Counted from the first letter of the stretch, positions 9,151-18,990 are shown. The stretch: 64,000 nucleotides of DNA from Vicinamibacteria bacterium (GCA_963555995.3 OY821641.1:2624001-2688000), one strand, 5' to 3'. Numbers and translations: made by a program. Notes: a model not told the origin generated them from the sequence alone.

Positions 9151-10053
9151 TTGCAGACATTGGCCGGGCGGCCGACCGCCCAGCATCCGGAACTCCGGAG
9201 CCGGTCCGCGCGCGGAGGTGTCGCGCTCGGACTCGCGGGATTGGCGCTGCTCCTGAGTGGGGCTCCGGCTGGCGCCCAGGTCGTCGAGCGGGTGGTGGAC
9301 GGCGACACGATCATCGTGGCGGGCGTCGGGCGCGTGCGGCTGATCGGGGTGGACACCCCGGAAACGGTGGACCCGCGCCGGCCGGTCCAGTTCTTCGGCC
9401 GGGAAGCGAGCGCCTTCGCCAAGCGGCTGCTGGAGGGCAAGCGGGTCCGGCTCGAATTCGATCAGCAGCGCACGGATCGCTACGGGAGGACGCTCGCCTA
9501 CGTCTGGCTGCCCGACGGTCCCATGGCGAACGCCGAGATCATCCGGCTCGGCTTCGGCCACGCCTACACGCGCTTCCCCTTCCGGTACCTCGAAGAGTTT
9601 CGGAAACTCGAACGCGAGGCGCGGCTCGCGGGCCACGGCCTCTGGGGCGCGGACGACTCCGCTCCGGCGGCGGACGCCGACGCATCGGCGGACCGGGCCG
9701 CGGCGTGGGACGACAACCGCAACGGCCGCGTCTCTTGCGCCGAGGCCCGCCGGCACGGCATCGCCCCGGTCCGCCGCGAGCATCCGGCGTACGCGTTCAT
9801 GACCGACCCGGACGGCGACGGCGTGGTGTGCGAAGCCGGCGCGGCAGCGAATCCCGCCGCCCGCGGGGATGCCGCCAGCCGCTGGGACGACAACGGCAAT
9901 GGCCGCGTCTCCTGCGCTGAGGCCCGCCGACACGGCATCGCGCCCGTCCGCCGCGGTCATCCGGCGTACGAGTTCATGACCGACCGGGACGGTGACGGCG
10001 TGGTGTGCGAAGCCGCCGGCCGCCATCGCGACCCCGCGGCAGCGTCCCGGTAG
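9151..10053 (+). CDS. Secreted thermonuclease (SNase) with two Excalibur Ca-binding domains
   Basis: VVDGDTI, VRLIGVDTPE, DRYGRTLAYVW, A...GLW, then two copies of WDDN.NGRVSCAEAR...DGDGVVCE. Start codon uncertain. Confidence 0.9.
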   Translation: MQTLAGRPTAQHPELRSRSARGGVALGLAGLALLLSGAPAGAQVVERVVDGDTIIVAGVGRVRLIGVDTPETVDPRRPVQFFGREASAFAKRLLEGKRVRLEFDQQRTDRYGRTLAYVWLPDGPMANAEIIRLGFGHAYTRFPFRYLEEFRKLEREARLAGHGLWGADDSAPAADADASADRAAAWDDNRNGRVSCAEARRHGIAPVRREHPAYAFMTDPDGDGVVCEAGAAANPAARGDAASRWDDNGNGRVSCAEARRHGIAPVRRGHPAYEFMTDRDGDGVVCEAAGRHRDPAAASR

Positions 10054-10060
10054 CGTCGGT

Positions 10061-10471
10061 TCAGGCAGCAGGCCGCGGACCGGACCAGTCTTCGCAGGCC
10101 AAACCGTCAACGCGGGCGAACTCGCGGACGTTGGCCGTCACGAGAACCAGGCCGCGGGCGCGCGCCTGGCCGGCGATGAGGATGTCGTAGGGACCGATCG
10201 GGCGTCCGGCGCGCTCCAATCCCGCCCGGACCGCTCCCGCGGACCGCGCGTCCGAGGCGTCGAACGGCACGATTTCCAACCCGATGCTGTCGAGCTGCGC
10301 GAGGTTCCGGTTCTGCCGCCGGCTCTTGAACGCGCCGTAGTAGAGCTCGTAAGCCGCCGGCGCGGGCAGTCCGATGTCGGCGACCCGTTGACGGCGGACG
10401 CGAGCCTCCAACCCGGGATCGCTGCGGTTGAGCAGCGCGATGCAGGCGTTGGTGTCCAGCAGGTACCGCAT
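10061..10471 (-). CDS. vapC: VapC PIN-domain toxin
   Basis: MRYLLDTNACI...ELYYGA...GRPIGPYDILIAGQA...LVTANVREFARV; TGATG overlap with the antitoxin stop. Confidence 0.92.
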   Translation of the reverse strand: MRYLLDTNACIALLNRSDPGLEARVRRQRVADIGLPAPAAYELYYGAFKSRRQNRNLAQLDSIGLEIVPFDASDARSAGAVRAGLERAGRPIGPYDILIAGQARARGLVLVTANVREFARVDGLACEDWSGPRPAA

Positions 10472-10719
10472 CAATCGAACAGCGTGTCCAGTTCGGGGCG
10501 GCTCTGTTCCTCCGGTTGCTGCCGGCCTTCGGCGAGAAAGTCTTCGGAAAACGCGCCGCCGACGGCATCGAGCCACGACCAGTCGTCCGCGATCGGCTCG
10601 AGGATCACCCGGCGCCCCTGACGGCGAATCCGGACTTCCGTCCCGTCCATACGGAACGGCTTCGGCAGGCGCACGGCCTGGGAACGGCCGGACCAGAAGA
10701 GCTTCGCCGTGTGCGTCAT
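10471..10719 (-). CDS. vapB: VapB (AbrB/MazE-type) antitoxin
   Basis: AKLFWSGRSQAVRLPKPFR...VILEP; acidic C-terminus. Confidence 0.92.
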   Translation of the reverse strand: MTHTAKLFWSGRSQAVRLPKPFRMDGTEVRIRRQGRRVILEPIADDWSWLDAVGGAFSEDFLAEGRQQPEEQSRPELDTLFD

Positions 10720-10736
10720 GACCTTTCCGGCAAGGA

Positions 10737-10757
10737 ATATATCTCATTGAGATATAT
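10737..10757. promoter_or_regulatory. Palindromic vapBC operator
   Basis: ATATATCTCA-T-TGAGATATAT, 17 nt upstream of the vapB start. Confidence 0.75.
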
Positions 10758-10891
10758 CACGGGCGGGCGTTCCCGATCGGCTGGTTCCTGCGCCGCCGCA
10801 CGATCAGCGAAGCACGGCCCGCCGCTGGTGACGGCGGATTCCGCTCGGCGATGGGGGAGGCGCGACCGACGGGCCGGATAGGATCAGCCCT

Positions 10892-12436
10892 ATGCGGCGG
10901 CGACTGCCCTTGGGGATCCAGAACCTCCGTGAGATTCGGGAGGAGGGCTGCTACTACGTGGACAAGACCCCCTGGATCCGGCAACTCGTGGACCGGGGCA
11001 AGTACTACTTCCTGTCGCGGCCGCGGCGGTTCGGGAAGAGCCTGCTGCTGGACACGATCAAGGAACTCTTCGAGGGGAACGAAGCGCTCTTCCGGGGACT
11101 TGCCATCCACGGCGGCTGGGACTGGTCGGCTCCGGCGCCGGTGGTACGGCTCGACTTCGCGGGGGGCAGCTACGGATCGCCGGAGGACCTGGGGGCCGGG
11201 CTGGCGATCCAGTTCGACCGGCTCGAGGCGGCCTACGGGATCGAGCGCCGTTACGAAAGGCCAGCGGACCGGTTCGGACACCTGATCTGGTCCCTCCACG
11301 AGCGGACCGGTCAGCGCGTCGTGGTGCTGGTGGATGAATACGACAAGCCGATCCTGGACACCCTGGAGACGCCGGAGGTGGCGGTGGCGCACCGGAAGGC
11401 GCTGCGCGGGCTCTACGGGGTCATCAAGGCGAGCGACGCGCACCTGCGGTTCGCCATGCTGACCGGGGTGAGCAAGTTCACCAAGGTGAGCCTGTTCTCG
11501 GAGTTGAACAACCTGACGGACATCACGCTGGACCGGCGTTACGGGGCGCTCTGCGGCTACACCGAAGAGGATCTCGACACGGTGTTCGCGCCGGAACTCG
11601 CGGATCTCGACCGGGAACTCGTAAGGGATTGGTACAACGGCTATTCGTGGGGCGGACCGGACCGGGTGTACAACCCCTACGGGCTGCTGCGGCTGTTCGA
11701 CAGCCGGAAGTTCTCGGGCCACTGGTTCGAGTCGGGGACGCCGAAGTTCCTCGTGGAGACGCTGGTCGGGCGTGGAGTGTCTTCGGTGTCGCTCGACGGG
11801 ACGCTGACCACGGAATCGCTGCTGTCGGTGTTCGACGTGGAGGAGATCGGGACGGAGGCGCTGCTGTTCCAGACGGGCTACCTGACGATCGCGACCGAGG
11901 AGGTGCGCGCGCGGGGGACCGCCTACCGGCTCGGGTATCCGAACCGGGAGGTGCGGCAGGGCCTGAACGAGCACCTGCTCGCGGGCCTGGTGCGGAATCC
12001 GCCGAGACAGCAGGCGAACAGCTACCGGCTCGAAACGCTGCTGGAGGCCCACGACTGCGCCGGCCTGAAGGAGCTGTTCCACTCCTTCTTCGCCAGCATT
12101 CCCTATGAGTGGTACACGCGGAACGACATCGCCCGCTACGAGGGGTACTACGCGAGCGTGTTCTATTCCTACTTCGCGGCGCTGGGGTACGACGTCACGG
12201 TGGAGGATTCGAGCAACCAGGGCCGGCTGGACATGGCGGTGCAGGCCGGGGGCCGCACGTACCTATTCGAGTTCAAGGTCCGGGAAGCGACGGCGCCGGG
12301 ATCGGCGCTCGCCCAGCTACGGGACCGCGACTACGCCGCGAAGTATCGGAGCCGGGGCGAGCCGATCCACCTCGTGGGCGTGGAGTTCAGCAGCGAGACA
12401 CGGAACATCACGGCATTCGAAGTCGCGGACGCCTGA
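10892..12436 (+). CDS. AAA-ATPase-like + PD-(D/E)XK (PDDEXK_9) protein
   Basis: LPLGIQ, YYVDKT, SRPRRFGKSL (Walker A), LVDEYDKP (Walker B), WYNGY, YNPY, GYLT, YPNREV, GRLD...FEFK. Confidence 0.9.
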   Translation: MRRRLPLGIQNLREIREEGCYYVDKTPWIRQLVDRGKYYFLSRPRRFGKSLLLDTIKELFEGNEALFRGLAIHGGWDWSAPAPVVRLDFAGGSYGSPEDLGAGLAIQFDRLEAAYGIERRYERPADRFGHLIWSLHERTGQRVVVLVDEYDKPILDTLETPEVAVAHRKALRGLYGVIKASDAHLRFAMLTGVSKFTKVSLFSELNNLTDITLDRRYGALCGYTEEDLDTVFAPELADLDRELVRDWYNGYSWGGPDRVYNPYGLLRLFDSRKFSGHWFESGTPKFLVETLVGRGVSSVSLDGTLTTESLLSVFDVEEIGTEALLFQTGYLTIATEEVRARGTAYRLGYPNREVRQGLNEHLLAGLVRNPPRQQANSYRLETLLEAHDCAGLKELFHSFFASIPYEWYTRNDIARYEGYYASVFYSYFAALGYDVTVEDSSNQGRLDMAVQAGGRTYLFEFKVREATAPGSALAQLRDRDYAAKYRSRGEPIHLVGVEFSSETRNITAFEVADA

Positions 12437-12540
12437 TCAACAGCGTCCAGACCTCACCTTCCGCGAGTGAGCCCCCGGAAGCGGGTTGCGCCCATCCGGT
12501 GGCTTCCGGCGGCAACCGGCCTGATTGACGTGAGATTCCC

Positions 12541-12939
12541 TCAAAGCAGCCGCGCGCCGGGAAGCGAAGCCATCCGGCGGTCCAGAGTCAGGGTTTCCAG
12601 TGCGCCCTCGGCATAGTCGTCGGCGATGAGCCGGTCCATCAGGCCGGGGGATGCGGGGGCTTCGATCATGGCGAGCACGCGCCGTCCGTTACGCGGGGTG
12701 ACCAGTCCGCTCCGGAACACCTCCAGCAGCGCGGCGCGCGCATCGGCGCGCGACACGCCGTAGTGGTGCTGCACGGCGATGTACGCCTCGCCGATGACCT
12801 GATTCGAAGCCAGGATTACCGCGTCCTCCGCCTCGATCAGGTCGCGTAGCGCATCCCGGCACCGGTTGAACTCCGCCGGAGGGTCGCCGGTCAGGAGCCG
12901 GACGAATACGGACGTGTCAATCCCGAAGCGACGGGTCAT
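12541..12939 (-). CDS. PIN-domain (VapC-like) toxin
   Basis: GIDTSVFVRLL...QVIGEAY...MDRLIA...LTLDRRM. Confidence 0.85.
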   Translation of the reverse strand: MTRRFGIDTSVFVRLLTGDPPAEFNRCRDALRDLIEAEDAVILASNQVIGEAYIAVQHHYGVSRADARAALLEVFRSGLVTPRNGRRVLAMIEAPASPGLMDRLIADDYAEGALETLTLDRRMASLPGARLL

Positions 12940-13159
12940 GGGGTTGTTCGCGGAAGGCGTCCATGTCGAAGGTCCCCTGCCCACGCTTCAGTTTGCTCCG
13001 GAGCGGGGCCAGCCGGTCCGGGTCAATGCGCCGGGGGCAGAGGAGGAAACCTTCGGGGGTCTCTTCGAGCAGGAGCCGGTCACCCGGCTGCGCGCCCAGG
13101 GCGTCGAGCACCCGCGCTGGAAAGGTGACCTGGCGTTTTGACGTGACTTTCACCAGCAT
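12917..13159 (-). CDS. AbrB/MazE/SpoVT antitoxin
   Basis: MLVKVTSKRQVTFPARV...LGAQPGDRL; overlaps the PIN gene. Confidence 0.85.
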   Translation of the reverse strand: MLVKVTSKRQVTFPARVLDALGAQPGDRLLLEETPEGFLLCPRRIDPDRLAPLRSKLKRGQGTFDMDAFREQPHDPSLRD

Positions 13160-13169
13160 CGAGATCACT

Positions 13170-13196
13170 CCTTACCCAGAATCTATCAGGGTAAGG
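13170..13196. promoter_or_regulatory. Inverted-repeat operator of the second TA module
   Basis: CCTTACCC-N11-GGGTAAGG just upstream of the antitoxin start. Confidence 0.6.
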
Positions 13197-13360
13197 CGCC
13201 CTCGAGGAGCCACGCGGTGCGTTTCGCCGAGCGATCCCGAACAGGGGTCCAATCGTCAGGGGACATGCAGCGACGTTCAGCGACCTCTCGGCAACACCTG
13301 ATCAACCAGGGATCAATTGAAAAAACTACGTTTTTTCAATGACTTATGCGTGGTTCGTTC

Positions 13361-13385
13361 TCTTATATCGTTTTTCGATCAAATA
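13361..13385 (+). repeat. 25-bp direct repeat, copy L, with an IHF-like box to its left (13334-13346)
   Basis: TCTTATATCGTTTTTCGATCAAATA; box TTTCAATGACTTA resembles WATCAANNNNTTR. Confidence 0.65.
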
Positions 13386-13409
13386 TGAGAGGTGACCGCG
13401 GGTCAACCG

Positions 13410-14906
13410 TCAGGACGACGGACCCCCGTTTCCGCTTTCCTGCGCCGCCCACCACGGGATGTACCGCATTGCCTTGCGTGAGGCTGCCGCGCTTTCGGGG
13501 GTGATCGCACCGCTCTTCACGGCGTTCCGAATGAGGCGGGAGGCCGTTGCACGGTTCTGGTCGGAGATGCCGAACCGCCGCCGCAGCGACGTGTTCGTGA
13601 GGGCGTCACCGTTCACGTACCGGAGGCACGCATGGAGGTAGCAGGCCCAGTTCCGGTCGTCCGCCCCCAGCTCCCCGAGTTTCTTCCGGGCGTGAAGGGT
13701 CACGCGAGTGAAGCCTCGCGGCTTCTGGAACCGGGGCGGCGGAAGCTCGTGCGCCTCGATTTCCTCGACCACCCGGTCTATGCCCATGCCCCGTTCCTCG
13801 CTGAAACCGAACCGGCGCATGAGCGAGGCGAGCCGGTCGTTGCGGGACTGCGGCGGCGCGTCCACCAGGCGCTCCGTCTCCACCAGCGGTTCGCCCGGAT
13901 TCGTGATCTCGATCCGGCCGTCGAAGATCTCGACCATCGGCCCCGCCCCGCGCACCGCAAGGTCCTGATGGATCAGCGCGTTGGCCACCAGTTCCCGCAC
14001 CGCGACCGGGGGAAACGTCCACTCGATTTCCCGTCGGACCCGGCCAATGACTTCCCGTGACGGCAACTGGCCGTCCAACTGCTGGTTCAGGCGGTCGAGG
14101 CAGCGTGCGTAACCGTCCTCGAACTCCCACTCCCGGGCCTCGCCGGTGCGCCCGGAGCCGCGGTAACGGATGAGCCGCACCGCCTTCCGGCCCAGCTCGG
14201 GAAAGTCCGCCAGCCGTCGCGCCAGCAGCACCGCTCCCAGGTTCGTAACGTCCCACCCTCCGGAAACCCCCGGACGGAGCAACCCGTCCATGGCGAGCAC
14301 CTTGAGGGCGGAGCGCCGATTCCCCGGCGCGGGCTGACGCAGCCGCTCGAAGTACGCGGGGTAATCGAGCAACTGCGCGACCTCTGCCTCGGGGAGGTTC
14401 TCCGCCGCGATACGGGCCTCGAACGGCGTCGCGTCGAAGACGCGCCAGAGCGCCCGTTCGTATTCCGGGAACCTGTCGAGCCGCCGGGTCTGGCTTTCGA
14501 TGCGGAGGAATCTCTCCCCTCCGAAGGCCACCGGCTGGGTCCGCGCAGGGCTGACCTGGAGGACGACGACGCGCTTGTGGTCCACCTCCACTTCGTGGAA
14601 TTCAAAGGGAACGGACGGCGTCAACTGCTGGAGCAGCCACGGGATCAGCGGCTCGCTCCCCTTCGTTTCCTTCCGGGGCTGGAACCGGGTCCCCACGATC
14701 GCATGGGTGCCGTCTTCCACCCCCCAGACCAGGTAGCCGGCGAGCTGGCCGCCAAGCGCCGCGCTGTTGGCGAGCGCCGAGATGCGCTGGCCGATCATCC
14801 TCGGCTCGTTCTGGTTGACCTTGAACTCCACCCACTCGTTCTCCGCCGGCAGTCTGCACAACTCCCGGACCCGCGCCACGATGGACGCGACCTCCCCGCC
14901 GGTCAT
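13410..14906 (-). CDS. AlbA_2 (Schlafen-like) + HATPase_c_4 + HTH ATP-binding protein
   Basis: ENEWVEFK, ISALAN, GYLVWGVED; AVRELVANALIHQD, IEITNPG, SRN..LA.LMRR, EERGMGID; C-terminal HTH. Confidence 0.88.
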   Translation of the reverse strand: MTGGEVASIVARVRELCRLPAENEWVEFKVNQNEPRMIGQRISALANSAALGGQLAGYLVWGVEDGTHAIVGTRFQPRKETKGSEPLIPWLLQQLTPSVPFEFHEVEVDHKRVVVLQVSPARTQPVAFGGERFLRIESQTRRLDRFPEYERALWRVFDATPFEARIAAENLPEAEVAQLLDYPAYFERLRQPAPGNRRSALKVLAMDGLLRPGVSGGWDVTNLGAVLLARRLADFPELGRKAVRLIRYRGSGRTGEAREWEFEDGYARCLDRLNQQLDGQLPSREVIGRVRREIEWTFPPVAVRELVANALIHQDLAVRGAGPMVEIFDGRIEITNPGEPLVETERLVDAPPQSRNDRLASLMRRFGFSEERGMGIDRVVEEIEAHELPPPRFQKPRGFTRVTLHARKKLGELGADDRNWACYLHACLRYVNGDALTNTSLRRRFGISDQNRATASRLIRNAVKSGAITPESAAASRKAMRYIPWWAAQESGNGGPSS

Positions 14907-15005
14907 CGTCCGACGCCTTCCGAGCCCGCCCGGCGTCCCGCCAAACCCGGTGCCCAGGCGATGGAACCCGAGGACTCCGGCGGGGTTGAAGAGCACATGG
15001 GCGCA

Positions 15006-15030
15006 TCTTATATCGCATTTCGATCAAATA
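15006..15030 (+). repeat. 25-bp direct repeat, copy R, with an IHF-like box to its right (15046-15058)
   Basis: TCTTATATCGCATTTCGATCAAATA (23/25 identical to copy L); box TTACAATGACTTA. Confidence 0.65.
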
Positions 15031-15135
15031 AAGTAACACAACTTTTTACAATGACTTAGCATAGATTCTGGATTACTGGAGCACTTCCCGATCAAGGAAA
15101 CCCACGCCGCCCACGGACGTGGTGCCGTGTGAGCA

Positions 15136-15160
15136 GGGAGCGCCGGTCTTCAGACCGGCA
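15136..15160 (+). repeat. REP-like palindrome (single)
   Basis: GGGAGCGCCGGTCTTCAGACCGGCA followed by a GCCCGCC-GTC-GGCGGGC hairpin. Confidence 0.8.
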
Positions 15161-15226
15161 TCGCCCGCCGTCGGCGGGCGAATGGCGCCGCCCCCCGCTC
15201 GAGACCCCGAATACGATTCGCGGTCC

Positions 15227-17239
15227 GTGTCCGACGATCCCCCCTATGCGCTGCCGAAAGATACGCGGGTCAAGGAATACAAGATCAAGCGAGTCCTCGG
15301 TAGGGGTGGGTTCGGGATCACTTATCTGGTTCACGACCTCAACCTGAAGGGCCCGGTAGCACTGAAGGAGTACTTCCCCGCTGAATACGCCCGACGTGTG
15401 CAAGACGGCTCGGTAAGGCCCATTTCGCCCGAGAGCCGGGCCAACTTCGATTGGGGCCGGAAGCGTTTCGTGGAGGAGGCGCAGACACTCCATCGGTTGC
15501 GGCATCCCAACGTGGTCCGCGTGCTCCAGTGTTTCGAAGCGCATGGCACGGCCTACATCGTGATGGAGCACATCAAGGGCAGGCCGCTGGAGAAGATTCT
15601 CGCTGAACGTGAGCGTCTTCCGGCAGCCGAATGGAAGTCACTGCTCGATCAGCTATTGAACGGGCTCGAGCATGTGCATGAGCACGGCTACCTCCACAGG
15701 GATGTCAAGCCGGGGAACATCATGATTCGTGACCACGGTGCCGAGCCAGTGTTCATTGATTTCGGCAGCGCTCGTGTAGACGCCCAGGATCCCCACACCA
15801 GGGTGCTAACGGAGGCATACGCCCCGCTGGAGCAAGGGATGGGAGAGAAGGAGGGGCCGCCGACCGATCTCTATTCACTCGCCGTCGTGTCGTACCGCGC
15901 GCTACTCGGCAAGCTGCCCCCCAAAGCGCAGAATCGCGCCGTTGAGGACACGATCGCTCGTCTGGAGCAGCGCGTGACCGGGGCAGAGCGCGCGTGGCTC
16001 GCTGCCCTCGATCAATGCCTGAACCTGTATCCCAGAGACCGCCCACAGTCGGTGGCAAACCTCCGGGAGATGCTGGCGAAACCGGCTGGCGCGTCGGACC
16101 GGATGGTCACGCCGCTCTGGGAGACGATCCGACATCCGGTACGTGCCGCACGAAGGCGGGCAGTGCGGAGATATGGCCAAGCGTTTGACCGCAAACTCGA
16201 GAAACACGGAAGCACGATATGGCTCATTGAGTACATGGGTTCGCCGTACGACGGGTGGAAAGTCATCAGGCGGGTAGAAGCTCTGGCGGGTGGAGAAATG
16301 AGCGCGGTCGTGTCCGAGCCCATGCACACCGGCGCCCGAGCTGGTAGGGACCCGCTCTTCGAAAGGCGAGTGGCCACGGAGGAGGAGGGGCTCGCGTGGC
16401 TCTATGAGTTGGAAACGAACGGCAGGATCGCGGAGGCAGCGCGGGAACGGATCGAGAGCTGGCGGAGCCCCAGGAACGAGGACAGCAATGGCAAGACCCT
16501 TTCCGGCGTTATCAGCGTGGATCTCCGCCTGATCCCGCTCCCGTCGTGGAATCGACGGAGTCCTGACGGTGGACCTTACGAATTCCCGACCGTAAACGGC
16601 GTCCGCGTGTGGGATCTCGGCATCCGAACTACAACGCTTCCACCAGTGGGCACCGATGGGGTAACCCGGTTCTCCGGGACCGTCACGGAGTCGCTCCCGT
16701 TGGTGTGGTGGGAAGTGGAGTGGTATCCGTACGGCGCACAGGACGGAAAGCCCCTGCCGTGGTATTTGCCGGGCTCTGTGGGATTCGCGACGTCCCTTGA
16801 GGTACGGAAGCACAAATCTGCCCGTCGCGCGCTACCGCCCAGCTTGGCAGAGAAGATCAGAGCGTGGGACGCCACGAATCACGAATTCGAGGCGATCTCG
16901 TTCAGGGTATCGGGCCAAGTATGGGCGCACGGGAAACACGCCCCGAGAACGTGGCAGCGCAAAAGCGCCCCCGGTGACGGTTGGTGGGTATTGGCAGCGG
17001 CGTTGCTGACGGCCGCGAGTTGCGTCACTCTGTGGGAGGGTGATCGGTGGGCGATCTTGCAGTTCCCTTCCATGCTCGGGGTCTGGATTCTGATCCTCTG
17101 GAAGAAGTTGTGGCGATTTGTTTCGTTTCATGGGAGTGGACTTGATTTCGGCAACGACCAGAGTGGGCTTGAAGGCGGCTGCGGCTGTCTTCTGGTCCTT
17201 GTGGCCTGTACGGTCGCTCCTTTCCTTCGGCACTGCTGA
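15227..17239 (+). CDS. Hanks-type Ser/Thr kinase with unknown C-terminal region and C-terminal TM helices
   Basis: LGRGGFGITY, VALKEY, HRDVKPGN, IDFGSAR, YAPLEQ, DLYSLA. GTG 15227 chosen because the upstream ORF extension is REP DNA. Confidence 0.88.
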   Translation: MSDDPPYALPKDTRVKEYKIKRVLGRGGFGITYLVHDLNLKGPVALKEYFPAEYARRVQDGSVRPISPESRANFDWGRKRFVEEAQTLHRLRHPNVVRVLQCFEAHGTAYIVMEHIKGRPLEKILAERERLPAAEWKSLLDQLLNGLEHVHEHGYLHRDVKPGNIMIRDHGAEPVFIDFGSARVDAQDPHTRVLTEAYAPLEQGMGEKEGPPTDLYSLAVVSYRALLGKLPPKAQNRAVEDTIARLEQRVTGAERAWLAALDQCLNLYPRDRPQSVANLREMLAKPAGASDRMVTPLWETIRHPVRAARRRAVRRYGQAFDRKLEKHGSTIWLIEYMGSPYDGWKVIRRVEALAGGEMSAVVSEPMHTGARAGRDPLFERRVATEEEGLAWLYELETNGRIAEAARERIESWRSPRNEDSNGKTLSGVISVDLRLIPLPSWNRRSPDGGPYEFPTVNGVRVWDLGIRTTTLPPVGTDGVTRFSGTVTESLPLVWWEVEWYPYGAQDGKPLPWYLPGSVGFATSLEVRKHKSARRALPPSLAEKIRAWDATNHEFEAISFRVSGQVWAHGKHAPRTWQRKSAPGDGWWVLAAALLTAASCVTLWEGDRWAILQFPSMLGVWILILWKKLWRFVSFHGSGLDFGNDQSGLEGGCGCLLVLVACTVAPFLRHC

Positions 17240-17327
17240 CGTGTCCCGCTTGCACCTCACCTCATCCCTGACGGCTCTTCGTCCTCCTCCACGCACCAAT
17301 ACGGTGCCCGGTCCATGTCACCGCACG

Positions 17328-18584
17328 GTGCAGTGCCTCACACTCGTTGTGGCGACGCTGGCCTCCTTGGGCTCCACACGCGTTCAAGCGCAGCCACAGA
17401 CTACCGAACCCGCCGTCGTTCGCGTCCTGTTCGCCACTGAGGACGGGTTCGGGGCCGGGTCGGGGTTCTTCGTGAACGACACGCACATCGTCACGAACGA
17501 GCACCTTGTTTCGCATCCCAGTTCAGCTCCCGAATTGTTCGTTTTGTTTGCCGGGCAGGACACCCCGGAACCGGTAGAACTCGACTGGTCGAACCCCGAA
17601 CTCGATCTGGCCGTGCTTGGCTACACCGGTGGCACCTCTCGCGGGGTGCTCGCACTCACCACGGCCGATCCCGCTCGCGGCGCGGAAGTGTTCGCGCTCG
17701 GCTATCCCGGGCCGGCCGATGCCGGCTCGCTTGGCGGGGCCGCGTCGAGCACGCTCACCGAGGGCATCCTGAGCAGGGCGCCGTTCGAGGCGCAGTGGGG
17801 GCGCGACGGAACCGCCTTCGCCCGTGTGCTCCAGCACAGCGCCGCCATCAATCCGGGGAGCAGCGGAGGCCCGCTCGTGAATGCCTGTGGCGCGGTCGTC
17901 GGCGTGAACACGAGCGGCGCTTTCAGCGAGCTGCGGGACGCCGACGGCAACCTCATCGGGACGAGCGCCGCTCAGGGCATCTTCTTCGCCCTGACGGCTT
18001 CGGAACTCCGCGCGGAACTTGGGCGGCGCGGAGTGGACTTTTCCCTTGCCGAAGAGTGCGAATCCGAGGCGGGCGCAGCGCCGTTTCTTCCCTTGTTCAT
18101 CGGCCTGCTTCTGGTTGCGTTGGTCGCAGCCGGCGCCTGGTTCGCGTATCGCCGCTCGCCCCCGGGCGCGGCGGGCACCCCTGTCGGCAGTAACGGGCCG
18201 CCCGCCAAACCCGCAGAGGGCGCGGGCGGACGCCCACCGGTCCACGATCCGCCGACCCCTCCGCCAACCACGGCGCGGTTCACCGGCCGATCCGGGACAC
18301 CGGACCTGTCCGTGCCGGCCCTGAAGGACGCCCGCCACGGCATCAGCATCGGCCGCAATCCTCGACTCGTGGACCGGCCGCTCTCCGACCCGACGCTCTC
18401 CCGCCGTCACTTCCGCGTCAGCCTCGATAACGGCCGCCTGTTCGTCGAGGACCTGGGCTCGACCCACGGCACCTTCGTCAACGGCGAGCGCCTGAAGCCG
18501 TACCATGCCCGCCGCCTCGAAAACGGCGATACCGTCCGCGCCGGAAAGGGAGAATGGCGGTTCACCGCTACGGAGTCCGATTGA
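17328..18584 (+). CDS. Trypsin-like serine protease - TM - FHA protein
   Basis: Signal-like N-terminus, GSGF, TNEH (His), DLAVL (Asp), INPGSSGGPL (Ser), TM LFIGLLLVALVAAGAWFAY, FHA (IGR, SRRH, DLGSTHGT). Start uncertain. Confidence 0.85.
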   Translation: MQCLTLVVATLASLGSTRVQAQPQTTEPAVVRVLFATEDGFGAGSGFFVNDTHIVTNEHLVSHPSSAPELFVLFAGQDTPEPVELDWSNPELDLAVLGYTGGTSRGVLALTTADPARGAEVFALGYPGPADAGSLGGAASSTLTEGILSRAPFEAQWGRDGTAFARVLQHSAAINPGSSGGPLVNACGAVVGVNTSGAFSELRDADGNLIGTSAAQGIFFALTASELRAELGRRGVDFSLAEECESEAGAAPFLPLFIGLLLVALVAAGAWFAYRRSPPGAAGTPVGSNGPPAKPAEGAGGRPPVHDPPTPPPTTARFTGRSGTPDLSVPALKDARHGISIGRNPRLVDRPLSDPTLSRRHFRVSLDNGRLFVEDLGSTHGTFVNGERLKPYHARRLENGDTVRAGKGEWRFTATESD

Positions 18585-18985
18585 AACTGAAGAAACATCG
18601 CGTGCTGATCGTCGGACGGGGCCGGCAGGCGGATATCCGGTTGGACCACCGGACCGTGTCACGCCTGCATCTGGAGCTGGTGTTGGGAGCGGGCGGCGAG
18701 ATTCACGTCGCGGATCGGTCGAGCCGGAACGGCACTCGCGTCCGGTCGGACGGAAAGTGGCAGGCCCTCACCGCGCAGTCCGTGTCCCCTGCGGACCGCC
18801 TGCAGCTCGGCGATCTGGAGACCACGGTAGAGGACCTGCTGCAGCGAGTGCCGGCGGAGCCTCCCGACACCGGCCGGCGCTCTGACGACGGCCCGGGCGG
18901 GCGGCCGGATGCCGCCCCGGACCCGGATCTCCCTTCCGGCCCGGTTCGCCGGAATCCCGAAACCGGCGAAGTGATCCGCGGCTGA
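18581..18985 (+). CDS. Small soluble FHA-domain protein
   Basis: TTG start overlapping the upstream TGA; IVGR, VSRLH, DRSSRNGT; tail ends PVRRNPETGEVIRG. Confidence 0.85.
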   Translation: MKLKKHRVLIVGRGRQADIRLDHRTVSRLHLELVLGAGGEIHVADRSSRNGTRVRSDGKWQALTAQSVSPADRLQLGDLETTVEDLLQRVPAEPPDTGRRSDDGPGGRPDAAPDPDLPSGPVRRNPETGEVIRG

Positions 18986-18990
18986 ACACG

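Noticed and set aside
12432-13306. 10-bp direct repeat CCTGATCAAC around the second TA module as a target-site duplication
   Set aside because: It is short, the same 10-mer also occurs inside the motA gene, and no element ends support it.
13356-13384. Canonical XerC/D dif site
   Set aside because: TTCGATCAAAT matches the E. coli XerD arm at only 7/11 and the other arm is unlike XerC; kept only as a generic att-like repeat.
8637-15120. Integron cassette array
   Set aside because: There is no integrase, gene orientations are mixed, and no convincing RYYYAAC...GTTRRRY attC sites were found.
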